Part shown: positions 1 to 11,440 of the stretch, piece by piece
Layout of the letters: every line of letters begins with the position of its first letter
How positions within the stretch are numbered: the first letter of the stretch is position 1
Assembly: GCA_964036045.1 (NCBI GenBank)
Contig: OZ038379.1
Span: 3,348,001 to 3,412,000, forward strand
Source of the DNA: Eutreptiella sp. 'Long Island Sound 2002'
Lineage: Eukaryota; Protista; Euglenida
Direction: 5' to 3'
DNA: 64,000 nucleotides
Program-made: the position numbers and the translations under genes
Notes under the pieces: model-generated
Seen by the model: only the letters and a program-made list of their open reading frames with translations
Told to the model about the DNA's origin: nothing
The model's database searches: none

Positions 1-101
1 GTCCACTGTGCTGTCGGTGGTCGCGGGGGCTGAAGCCCACGGGTTCCGCTGGAGCTCTTGTGCTGGGAGGGCACAGAGGGGGTTGGGGTTGGGGCTATAG
101 T

Positions 102-214
102 TATGGGAACAACCAACAAGCCAATTGCCCTTCTGAACTCAATAGTTTGAAAATCTGTTGTACCTCTGCACTGCTAAGTGGTGTGTATGGCAGTGGGCTG
201 AACACTGGTGTTTT

Positions 215-251
<37 letters not shown>

Positions 252-723
252 GATAGTGGCAGGGGCAAAGGCCGATTAAAGTCCTTGACGCTGTGCGACG
301 GGTGAAGCGCGGGGGTTATGGGTCAGGGACTGGCTGCGCCGCCCCGCCCCCGCCCCCCGCCCACCCCTGGTGTCGCGGCGCGACGGAAGGACTGGGCGCC
401 AAGGGTCAGGTGTCCGCCCCCTCTGCCCTCCCATGGCCCCGTCGCAGGCTCCCCGAGCGCCCTGTGGGTGCCGGCGCGGCGCCCAACCCCTGCGAGCCCC
501 CCCCCCCCCCCCTCATCATCGTCGCTGCCCCTCCCCTTGGGGAGGGGGGGAGGACACGCATAGGCCCCCCATCCCAAATAGCGTGCGCTGCTATGGGAAC
601 AACCAACAAGCCAATTGCCCTTCTGATCTGAACAGTTTGAAAATTTGTTGTACCTCTGCACTGCTAAGTGGTGTGTATGGCAGTGAGCTAAACACTGGTG
701 TTTTGGGTGTGTGTGTGTGTGTG

Positions 724-801
<78 letters not shown>

Positions 802-1089
802 ATAGTGTCAGGGGCAAAGGCCGATTAAAGTCCAGGCCGATTAAAGTCCTGGACGTTGTGCGACGGGTTAAGCGAGGGGGTTATGGGTCAGGGACTGGCT
901 GCGCCGCCCCCACCCTTGGTGGCGCGGTGCAACGGAAGGACTGGGCACCCAGGGTCAAGTGTCCACCCCCTCTGCCCTCCCATGGCCCCGTCGCGGGCTC
1001 CCCGAGCGCCCTGTGGGCCGGTGCCGCGCCTGACCCCTGCGAGCCCCCCCACCATCATCGTCATCGCCGTCCCTCCCCTTGGGGGGGGG
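102..1089. repeat. Diverged tandem duplication (~102-549 and ~592-1089), each copy with a (GT)n tract
   Basis: TATGGGAACAACCAACAAGCCAATTGCCCTTCTGA starts at both 102 and 592, and the same downstream blocks follow in order. The GT tracts differ in length (217-248 vs 707-799). Confidence 0.85.
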
Positions 1090-2854
1090 ATGGGATGGGA
1101 TGGGAGTGTGTCCAACACCTGCCAGACACGTCGCTAGGCCGACCCTATGTGTCCGCGGCTTGTGCCGCAAGCTGCCGCGCGCTGGACTCGGAGCCACGCA
1201 AACCACCACTGACCCAGTCCGAGACCGGCGGGTGAAGTTTCCATACCCACACTCCTTGGGGACCCTGGTCGGCGTCACGTCCGGGGCTTCCGGCCCACAC
1301 TCACGCACACACACACACACCATGTCATTTCATGGTCCTGACCGGGGGGCATGGCGTGCCCCACGCAAAGCAGTCAGTGGAGTATCCACGCTCGCCCGCA
1401 AGCAGTGGCAGTCACTGCAGGTCCCACACCGTGCCGCGGCGGCTGAGGCACACAGGCGGCGGTGCACAATCCGAGACATGATGCACGAGGTCAAGGCTGA
1501 ACCACTAGACCACAGGACCACTAGACCACACCCTATCTCTCCATACCATTTCTTTCGGACACATGCGGACTTGCCCAGGCGGGGGTATAAGCCGCCACAG
1601 AATAAATGAATGAATGAACTAGACCACAGGACCAGGTCTGCAGGTATTGAGACTGGTGAGGTTTGCCAGAGGACATCACACTCACCGCGGCTCCAGGTGT
1701 GTAGCACTTGGTATGGTAGTGGTAGTGCTGCCCCATCCGGATCGCACCTTCCCCAGGGGAGGCATCCGCTAAGCGGTTCCTGGTGGTGGAGGCCCCCTTG
1801 GGGGGGGGGGGGGCACGCACAGGCCCCCCATCCCAAATAGCGTGCGCTGCCGCACACCTCCCGCCCCTGGCACCAATCGAGGGTGCCCCTCGTGGTGCCG
1901 GGAGCAGCAATGCCGCACACCCCGGTGCCCCCTGCATGACTTGCACGCGGGGGCCCTGTGCGCGTCGCACAGGGTCTGCATGGGGCGTTGCTGCCCTACC
2001 CTCCTCGTTCCCGCCCGCTGCGCCGGCGGTGGCAGGGGCAGCTGGGGGTCATGGCTGACGGGCGCCTGTGGCGCGTCTCCGTCCGGCGCCGGTGCGCCCG
2101 CGCCCGCGCCACGCGCCGGCTGCACCTCTGCGGCCTCTTGTGGGGGCAAAGGAGGGGAAGGGGGTAAAGGGAGGATGGAGGTAGGTGCCTCCTACATTGC
2201 GCTGTCTGTCCCACCTCCCTCCTCTTCTCCCGCGCGGTGCGGTGGGGGCGGGGGGGAGCCGGGCGGTGCCCGGGTCGCTGTCAGCGCGCCCGATATCGCA
2301 GAAAAAACGTTGCACATGGGACGCGCGTCCCCGGGCTCCGCCACTGAGGGCGGCGCTGCCACCGGGGGCGCCAGCGCCGGGGGGAGGGAGGGGGGGTGGT
2401 TCAGCTGCCCTCTCAGCCCCATCAACCCCGAGCCACCGAGGCTCTCCACCCGTACCGGGCGCCCCCCCCCCCTGCCGGGGCGCCCGCTGGATCCAAGTGG
2501 GGGGGGGCGCGGTGTTCCGTACCCAGGGCAGTCCGGCCGTTGTTGGCGGCCAGCCGCTGCCGGTGCCGGCGCCACGCAGGGGCACTTGGCTGGCGGCTCC
2601 GGTGGCGGCTCCGGGGGCACCAACCAAGCCTGCAGGACCCTTGACGAGGCCGCTGCCCCCGCCACTGCCACTGGGTGTCCCTCGTGACCCTGCGCGCAGC
2701 AGTGCGCCACTCCCCGCCGCACCAGCCGGCATTGCTCGCATTGCGGCTTCAGGTGGATGGGGCACAGGCAGCACGGTGCCGGCCTGACGTCCGCCGATGG
2801 CAGGCGCGGCCGAGCCACTCCCATTGCCCTCGGGCGCTGTGCGCTCACGATCTC

Positions 2855-3587
2855 TTACGGGCGCGCCAGGGCCCCCCCTCCCGGGCGGCGCGGCAAGTAC
2901 CCCGCCAGGAAATAGTCCTTGCAGCCGGCCCCTAGGGTCAACAGCCGGCACACCCAGAGCTCTAGGCAATGCTGCTGGAGCTGCTGCATGTGCTGCCGCA
3001 TGTCGGGCCGGCGCGCAAACACCGGCCGCTCCATACGCCCCATGCTGCGAAAGCCCCCCAGGGCTACCAGAGAGGCGCACAACCACCGGAAGTCGCCCTC
3101 CAGCAAGGTTCCGCCGCCGAGCAGGGGCTGCAGCAGGTCGACCACCTCCCGCAGCACGCGTGCCCGCTCCCTCGGCGGCACCACTTGTCGGGCGTGGCGA
3201 TGGCCCGGCCTGGCCGGGAGCGCCCGGTGGCCGTGGGACTCAAAGTCCAGGGCCAGCTCGGTGTAAGTGACCTGGCCTTAGCCCGGTGTCCACCATAGCG
3301 CCAAGGCCTGGTGCACCAGTGCCTCCGCAAAGCCGCGCTCCCACGGCCAGCCCGCCAGCGGGCCCCGCGGCAGCTGCAAGGGGGTCCCGCGTTGGGGCGG
3401 GGCGCAGCGGGCCGTCCGCCAGCTGCTCCCACCCGTACCCCTGTCGCGAATCCAGACCCCGCCCCCGTGCCGCGCCAAACACTGTGGAGGTCGCGCCCCC
3501 GCCTGACCGCGCCGCCTCCTCCGCCGCACGGCGGGCCAACAGCACGGCAAGGTACATGCCGTACAGCCGGTACAACAACCGCCCCGC
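2855..3587 (-). mobile_element. Frameshifted coding relic, probably the 3' part of a non-LTR retrotransposon ORF
   Basis: GC3-rich segments in two frames: LYRLYGMYLAVLLARRAAEEAAR...YGWEQL and YTELALDFESHGHRALPARP...RARVLREVVDLLQP...RPVFARRPDMRQHMQQLQQHC. Joining them needs a frameshift near 3270. The family assignment is an inference. Confidence 0.4.
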
Positions 3588-4050
3588 CTAGGCGTCCTCG
3601 CCCTCACCCACCATGCGAGCGGCAGCAATCCCGTGGCCCTCAGGCACACCGGCCATGCCGTCGGCAGTGCCAACGCCGGTAGCGCCCTGGCCTCCTACAG
3701 CACCCACGGCATCCATGCCCGGCGCGCCGATTCCCAGAGCGGGCGGTCCCACAAGATGTGTGTCTCCGTCTCCGGCGCCCCGCGATAGAAGGGGCACCCA
3801 TCTGACCGCGGAATGGCGTGCCCCGCCGCCCTGCCCGCCGTCCACGTGGCCCCGGCTAGCAGCCCCCGGAGGATGCTGCGCTCTCCCTCCGTGGAGGCCA
3901 CCTGCAGGCCCTCCCGGCTGGCCTGTCGGGGATAGTGGCAGGGGAAACCCGCATTATGTATAAGGAGGGACACAAGCATGGGTTAGTGGAGCCAGTACTC
4001 GTACGGGATATCCGGCCATTCTGAGTCCGGCAGTGTGTGTGGATTGCTAT

Positions 4051-4411
4051 AGTGGGAGTGGAAGGGGTAGTGGGAGTGGGAGTGGGAGTGGCAGTGGGAG
4101 TAGGGTTGGTAGTGGGGGTGGTAGTGGGGGTGGGGGTGATAGTGGTAGTGGTAGTGGTGGTGGGAGTGGTAGTGGAAGTGGTAATGGTAGTGGTAGTGGT
4201 AATGGTAGTGGTAGTGGTAGTGGTAGTGGTGGTGGTGGTGGTAGTGGTAGTGGTGGTGGTAGTGGTAGTGGTGGTGGTGGTGGTGGTGGTGGGAGTGGGA
4301 GTGGGAGCGGGAGTGGTAGTGGGGGTGGTGTTGGGAGTGGGAGTGGTGGTGGTAGTGGTCGTGGTAGTTGTAGTAGCGGTGTAGCGGTGTAGCGGTGTAG
4401 CGGTGTAGCGG
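4051..4411. repeat. Compound G-rich microsatellite (GGGAGT/GGTAGT/GGT mosaic) followed by (GTAGCGGT)x~4.5
   Basis: Directly visible. Confidence 0.95.
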
Positions 4412-5068
4412 CATAGCACAATCCTAGGACCACTGTTTGGCCCTAAGAACCAAACAGCAACGCTACACCGTCTCACCGCGGCGCACCTTGTGCTATGCAT
4501 GCATGCCAGTTGGTGGCTTTGGGTCATCATTGGTGGAGGTCACTGAGGCCAGCCGCCTCTGTGCATGACCTTTGACCTTGGTACACAAGCGGCACTGCAA
4601 GGGCTCTTGAACAGCTCGTCATAAACTGAGCTTTCCAGACTAGACGCACAGTATCGCTGATGATGCATTCGTGAAGCCCTAGCGCTTATTGTGCACATCT
4701 CGGCCTCAAGCTTCCGTAGTAAAGCCTCATGCTATCGCACGGGCACAATGTGCAACACACTAGCAGCCTATTGGCCACACCTCAGTTAAATCATGCACAT
4801 GCCCAAGGGCGCAGTCAAGCTTCCCAAACCATGTGCAAGATCTTGCGGTTGAACTTTTTCTGGTCTCCCCTGCTTGCACATGCTGATCACATCTCGACAT
4901 CGAGTTTCCTGGACCAGACCTTGATCCCGACAAAGGCCTACCATTCACACCTTTGGTCCGCTTGAGGCAAAAGGGCCTTACGCCACTCGACACAGCTACT
5001 AGCTACTGTATCCACTTGTTTGTAGCCCTGCCAGCAACCGTAAGGGGAAGGTGTCCCTGGGTGAGGTG

Positions 5069-5246
5069 TAGTGGTAACAGTAGTGGTAGTGGTAGTGGTG
5101 GTGGTGGTAGAATGGGTAGTGGCACTGGGAGTGGGAGTGGGTGTGGGAGTGGGAGTGGGAGTGGGAGTGGGAGTGGGAGTGGGAGTGAGAAGTGGTGGTG
5201 GGAGTGGGAGTGGAAGTGCTAGTGGTTGTGGTAGTGGTGGTGGTAA
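5069..5246. repeat. Second compound GGTAGT/GGGAGT microsatellite
   Basis: Directly visible, with the same units as 4051-4372. Confidence 0.9.
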
Positions 5247-5947
5247 TGAGGCTTGTTTCCAGTGATAATGGTCGTGGTGCTGGACTGTGGGATGCTCTCG
5301 TGTGGGCTCAGTTGTTGCCCAGCTCCAAAAAGGGGCGGGACTCAGGACCTGTCCACGGCGTCATTTTCGTTCTTAGCTCCCTCCTCTGGGAATCGCCCAC
5401 ACAACCGTCATGCAAATTACACGGCAGGCCCCCCTTCACCCAAATGGGCTGGTAGTGCAGTAAGGGGGTCTCCTTCAATGCCAAACTGTCTGCCCCCTAC
5501 AAAAGGGCCTAGTGCCACAAAATATCCGCCAACGGCTCCCTCCGCCATCAATTACCCCCCGACCGCCGTCAAGTCCCATCAAATGCCCATCAGTGACCCT
5601 TCCACTGCCGTCACTTACTCTCCTGACGCCGTCGGTAACCCTCCAACGACTGAACATTGGTGCATATGTACTGGATGGCAGTTGGAGGGGGATCGACGAC
5701 GGTTGGAGGGCGACCCACAGCGGTTGGAAGGTGAACAACGTCGGTCATCAAGGGCAGCGGGGAAGAGGGGGAGGGGGGGAGATCCCCACACCACGTCATC
5801 ACAACACCCGCACACCCCACCTGCCCCCTGCACTTCTCCCTACAGACCCCTCCTCCTCAAGCGCAGCCCATCTTCCCCCCTGTCCCATCCCCGTCCCCCC
5901 ACCTGCCCCCGTCCCCGCCCGCGACAGCCTCTCAGGCAACTGCACAC

Positions 5948-6828
5948 CTGCTCCACCGGGCGCGGGGCCCGCAGCGACGGCACCCACCCCCGATGCCGGT
6001 TCTCCGCCCGCACCCACTCCACCACCGCGGCCCTTGTGACGCCTGGCTCGCACTCCACCACCTCCCGCCACATCCCCAAGAGCTCTGCACCGCGGGGGTG
6101 GGGGGTCCGCTCGAACTGCGCCAGCAGCACCTCCACGGCCTCAGGAGACAGGCCCCAGTGGTGCGGCGCAACCGCCCGCCGCCAGAACCACGCGTCCACG
6201 GCCTCACGGTGCGAGCGGAACTCCTGCCCATCGGGGGAGCAGAACACGAGGCCCCCAGTCGCCGCGTGCGCCTGCGCCGCGCCGCACGGCCCGGGGCCGT
6301 GTCGGGGCGGTGCCGCGTCGTCGTGGGCCCCAGCCGCTGGCCGCACGTGCCACTCGTCAACGGCGGCCACGCCGAGCCGCCGGGCGGTGCGCACCAGCCG
6401 CTCCAGAGCCACACGGCGAACGCCGTCCGCGTCCAGGTCCGCCTGGTCCGCCCGCTTCATCCGCAGCCGGGGCCTCTTCACTCGCCCCCCGTTCTCGGCC
6501 TTGACTCTGCCCGGCGCCCCCGAGGGAGGGCTGCTCCCGGGCTCGGGCTTTGGCGCGGGCGCTCCGGCAGTGTCTTCGGGGGGCACGCCGTCCTCCGGCT
6601 TGACGCCTCGCGGTGCGGGCGCAGGGGCAGTGCTCCTGGGCTCCGGCTTTAGTGCAGGTGCTTGGGCGGGGCCCTCAGGGGGCACCGCCGGCTCTGTCTG
6701 TGGGGCTCCGCCGTCGCACTCGGACTTGAGCAGCAGCGCGGGACGTGAGGGATCGTCGTGGGGGGGTGGCCCCGATGCGGTGGTGGGGCTGTCGCAGACC
6801 TGCACCTCCTCCTCGTCCTCATCCTTGA
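5948..6828 (-). CDS. Internal exon (881 nt) of a putative chromatin protein: psi-K-x-E-rich linker + MBD-like domain + divergent homeodomain
   Basis: Polypyrimidine acceptor ...cctcctctgccgcag|TC AAG GAT and donor GAG CAG|GTGTGC, open frame throughout. MBD-like motif: EWHVRP...LVFCSPDGQEFRSHREAVDAW. Homeodomain-like motif: LSPEAVEVLLAQFERTPHPRGAELLGMWREVVECEPGVTRAAVVEWVRAENRHR. Other exons were not located. Confidence 0.7.
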
Positions 6829-9779
6829 CTGCGGCAGAGGAGGCGAGGAGGGCCGGACGTTGTGAGGGAAGTGCACAGGCCCCAACACCCGAGACACCCA
6901 TAAAAGAAATGGGGGGACTGGGGGATGGGGGGTTGGAGCTGGTGCTGGAGCTGGAGCTTCCGTCCCGCCCATCGCAGAGGGCGGACCCCATGCCTGCGGT
7001 CCACACGGGAGGCCTTGTCAGGCTTCGGGAGGAGATTATTTGCGACTGCATCCGCCGGGTCACACATGATCCGAAGAGGCAACCGACGGCAGCGAGCGCC
7101 CAACCGATGGCAGTTGGCGTTGGCCCGGCAGTGTTCAAGGCGCAGGGCCACAAATGGTCAGGGGTGCTTTCTGCAATCGGCCCCCGCCGCGCCTGCCACA
7201 CCATCGTCTTCACTGCCCTTCACGCCAATTCACGTGTTCAAATTCGTGTTCCAGTTGGTACAGTTCATTGGCTGCGGTTCAGGATTGCAAACAGGAACAA
7301 ATTGGGGCGGGGGAGGGGGTCGGTGTCCAGAAAGACGGGAAATCAGAGGTGCAGAGACTGGAGGCCTCGGTCGCTTTTGCACATGGACTCAGAGCGTCGC
7401 ACACCCACAGGGCTGTGGTGACGCTTTCATTTACAGTGCCCATGGGGGGACCCATTGCCCCATTGAGTGCGGCGGTGTACTGAAGGGGCCCATTTCCACA
7501 CTTGTATCGTCTCTACGGCCGTTTGGGGCGAAAGATAGCTGTTTGGCCCAACACTGTGCTGATTTGGGGGGGCACAGTTAGATAGCCGTCTGCAGCGCAG
7601 ACTGTGGGACTTTGCGCTGCGCTAAACGTCGTGCAGCCAGTCACTCCCAAACTGCTGGTGACACCACAAAGTACAAAGACTGTGCATAGGCCAGGGCAAC
7701 GCACACTGTTTGAGTGTCGGCAGCAGCCGTGCACCCACATCGAGCGGCACAATGCAGGCGGCCCCTATTTCCGGTATCCACCTCAGACGGGAGGGGCAGG
7801 CCATACAATGTCCCAGGCGGAGTAACGCACTTGTGTCGGAGTGACACAATTTTTTCATAGCAACGCGCTTGTTCGGGCGTGAAATGCTTGTCCCGGAGCC
7901 AGACACTTGGGCACTTGTGCTGCAGTGATGCATATGGTGCAGTGCATGGGCTGCCTGCAGTGAATCTGGTATGAATTGCCTTGGGTCTTATTCTGACGGA
8001 GGTTTCTGATGGAGGGCAGATGTTCAGGGGGGGCGGAGGGCCCGATTTTGGGTTTGAAATCCCCACAAATGATAATGTAAATCCGATGAGCAGTCGACTC
8101 ACCCTCCCACCCTGAAAGCCTTCACTCTTATGGCGTGTTGGTAGTTGCCTCAGAATTACAGAAAAAATGGGGCTGACCAAGCCCCCGTCCCATTGCAGCA
8201 GGTGGTCCCGGAATGAGCAGCATGAGGGGCATGGAGGTTTAAGTAAGAGATCCGCAACTGTATTCCCAGGCGATGGCCCCACGAAGCTTTACGGTGCCCG
8301 GCACTTCCAGAGCCCGCCTATTTGCCAAATACATATTCTGTTCTGATGAGTATCGCACTGCTCAGCACATTTTTTGACGCCGAAAAACCAGTGCCTGGCT
8401 TCAACTGGGGCCCAGGATGCCATCGTTGAGTTTTGAGCATAGGGGTCTTCAGCAAAACCAGCCCCGAAATGTGCTGTCGTTGTTGGTGTGTGCTTAGCAC
8501 GCACTGTTTCCGGCAGAGAGTAATGCTTGAAGCATCCCAGTTCCGGGGAGGCAGTGCCCTCCAGAGATCGTGAGGGCTGAGGCAGGGCCAGCCCCAGTGT
8601 GCTCTTGTATCTTTCTTGAGCCTTTAGGAAAGGAGGAGAGACAAAAGCATCAAACTGCAACATTTTGGGTATTGTGGGGGGTAGAAAAGGGGTGGGGGCC
8701 TCAAGCCCCCTTCATTTATGTGGTGGGGCGTGACAATGTGATGTCCCGAAGGGATGAGAGGACTGGGAAGGCGTCCTTCTTTGGCAAGCGGATGAGAAAC
8801 AGGTTTGGGTGCCGGGGGGGGGGGGGGTTCAAGCCCCGGTTCCAGGCTGCCACACCCTTCAGGGGGACCAAGAAGAAGAAGGCCGGTTAGGGCCTGCGCT
8901 TGAAGGGGGGTGTTGTAACTTCCCTCCCAACAAACGGGACTAGCTGGCAGTTCCGCCCCAACCGCTTCTGTCCGTCCCCCATTGCCCTCCAACCGCTTTG
9001 CAACCGCCAGCACCGCTACTGAAACCGCCTCTCAACCGCCAGCAACCGCTCTTGCAACCGCTTTTGGGAACTTCTCATCAGCCACTCTCCTCCCCAAGCG
9101 CAGCGCTGGTCAGGGGAGGGGGGGGGGGGGGGGGAATGGTACTCGAACATACTCCCATCAAAATGATCCCCGTGAGGCGGTGGTCATTTTGAGGCATCTG
9201 TTGGCAATTGCTGTCCTCTGGGCCCCCTTGTAAACCGGGTTTTGAGCCGTCACCAGCCGTCACCAGACGGCCTGTTGACAAGGGTTGGTCACGTGCTTGC
9301 GTATTGTGTTGTTGGTTGTTGCTGTCTGGATTTGAGGGGAGAGAGGTGGGCAAGGATGCGTCTGAATGCTCATGCACCCCCCATATGCGCTCCGGTAATC
9401 ACGAGAAACAATGCAGTACGGCCGGATGAGTGTCATTGGTATCGCCCATGCCTTGGCATGTGCCCGTGTCCGAGGCCCTCACACGGCCACAGAGATGCCC
9501 GGCCCCATCCAGCACAGATTGCCTCCGTGGGCGTCCTCCAGTGCCGGCACAGACTTTCTCGAGGGGCGGTTTCCTCCAATCCGCTGGGCGCAAACCTGGC
9601 GCGCTGCGGCACAGATTATCTCCAGTGGACTACAGGTGTTTCCCAGGTGCCCCTCAGTAATATCCGCCCCCGTCCCGTCCAACTCAGTAGGATTCAGCTG
9701 CCAATGAGCCTACATCTACATCTACACACGCACCTGCACATGCACCTGCACGCTGACATGAGGACCGATCGACTACCCT

Positions 9780-10200
9780 TGTCCCCCCTTGCAAACTCCC
9801 GGGTTAGCGCGTGACGGTCTCCCGGGTGGGGGGGGGAGACGGTCGCCAAGTGACGGCCTCCCGGGGGGGGGGGGGGGAGATTGCAAGGGTATCTCAAGGC
9901 AAACTGTGGTACCCTCCACCGATGCAAGCAAAGAGAACACGTGTGAAGCGACTTTCGCATTGATGCGGTGCCAATGTGTTTCATCCAACACTAATGTTAT
10001 TGAGGATCCAAAGGAACGGTGAAGAACTTCTGGGTACGAGAATAACACACTTTGAAAAAATGGGAAAGCAATGCAAGGCCATGCGTAAACCAGATGGGCA
10101 ACACAAACCAGCACAATACATGCTAACTAGAAAAACATGGAAGTGACGGTCTCCCGGGTGGGGGGGGGAGATTGCAAGGGGGGGGAGTTTGCAAGGGGGG
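9780..10200. repeat. Clustered GTGACGGTCTCCC...GGGAGATTGCAAGGGG motifs (dispersed repeat, probable element ends)
   Basis: The motif recurs at ~9812, ~9851 and ~10143. Related copies lie at ~55010-55050 (reverse) and ~55586-55655. Confidence 0.6.
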
Positions 10201-10249
10201 GACAGGGTACAATGCAGCACAAATACCTGAGAAGAGGGTGGCACTGCGC

Positions 10250-10720
10250 AGGACCGCAGCCAAGTGCCTCTCTTGCTCCTCAAGCTTCATCGACTTCCTC
10301 GGGCCCTCGTCCGAGAACGCTTCCCAGTACTTCCGTTTGTACGGGCCATCGCTGCTGTCATCGGACGATGTGACGTCCTCCTCGACAACGATGGCCTGCT
10401 CGGATCGTCGTCCTCTCTCACGCCACATGCCATGGCTCAGTGCGGTGCTTGAGCTCGAACTGCTGCTCCGTGCGGTCTGGAGCGGTTGCAGAGACATTTG
10501 GATGGCGAATTGGAGTTCTTCATCCGAACTGTTCTCATCGCCACTTACGATTTCCACGGGCTCCGAGGCAGATACTCCAGAGGATTCGGGCACCATGGCT
10601 TTAGAACAGGTGCCACATTGCGGCACAGCACTGCGATATGCAGAAACGTCGAACAGACAGTGGCTAATTCAGGCGCAGATGAGCAGCAGACAGAGAATGC
10701 CGATTACGCAGAAGGTTTTG
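10250..10720 (-). pseudogene. Frameshifted RING-like finger followed by SIM-like and UIM motifs
   Basis: UIM SSDEELQFAIQMSLQ (~10486-10535). SIM-like PVEIVSGDE and AIVVEEDV. Upstream Cys motifs SVCC / RFCISQCC / PQCGTC are spread over three frames. Confidence 0.45.
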
Positions 10721-11254
10721 TCTGTTGTCTTGTGGCAACTACCCGAACCCTGGTTTCGGGCGTTCTCCACAATGCTCAAGAAATAGCGATACCTCCGCCG
10801 GTGCATGTGTTGTTTGAGGGTTGGATCCCATATTACAAGGATGATACACATGCCCATGTGGGCGGAATTGCACTGTCATGAGTTTGTTGAGGATGCCTGT
10901 CTAGTGGGTTCCCAAATATGCACGCAGTGCAACGGCATTCCCTAAGAGGAAGCGGCCGGTGTCTGCTCTGGAACCTGTAATGCGACAAGCAGGCAGAACA
11001 TCGCACAATGGGTTGGTGAGCATGGTGTACGTGGTCCCGCCGCATGCCATGAATGGCAGTATCCGCCATGGGCAGCACCAAATAGCTGCAGTGGAGCAGA
11101 TGGGATTGGGGCTTGCACCCCCCCCCCCCTGTATAAGCTATGCAAAAGTCCCACATTAATACATCCCTAGGCCCACTGTAGCTGGGACAAGGTCGTAGAT
11201 GCGCAGGTTCAAAAAGAGAATGCATGATGAGCTGGTGCAAGAGAGGGGAACATA

Positions 11255-11440
11255 ATGCACAAATACGCCCAAAAGCAGAGCTATGTGGGTTCAGGTGGGC
11301 AAACACTCACAACAAATGTGTCCATGACTCTATGTAGCTGGCAAATTTGTCACCAAACCATGTCTTATGTGGCTGCACTACATTTGGTGCCGAATAAATC
11401 AGGTCCCAAATCAATACGGTCCCTACGCCTATTGTAGCTT
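11255..11440 (+). repeat. Dispersed repeat homologous to 54770-54950 (opposite strand)
   Basis: KYAQKQSYVGSGGQTLTTNVSMTLCSWQICHQ here vs KYPQNQSSVGSNGQTITTNLPMTPCNWQICHQ at 54748-54948(-). Confidence 0.75.

Noticed and set aside
5253-7421. 722-aa plus-strand ORF
   Set aside because: It is mostly the antisense shadow of the GC-rich MBD-homeodomain exon plus repeat sequence, and has no recognisable domain.
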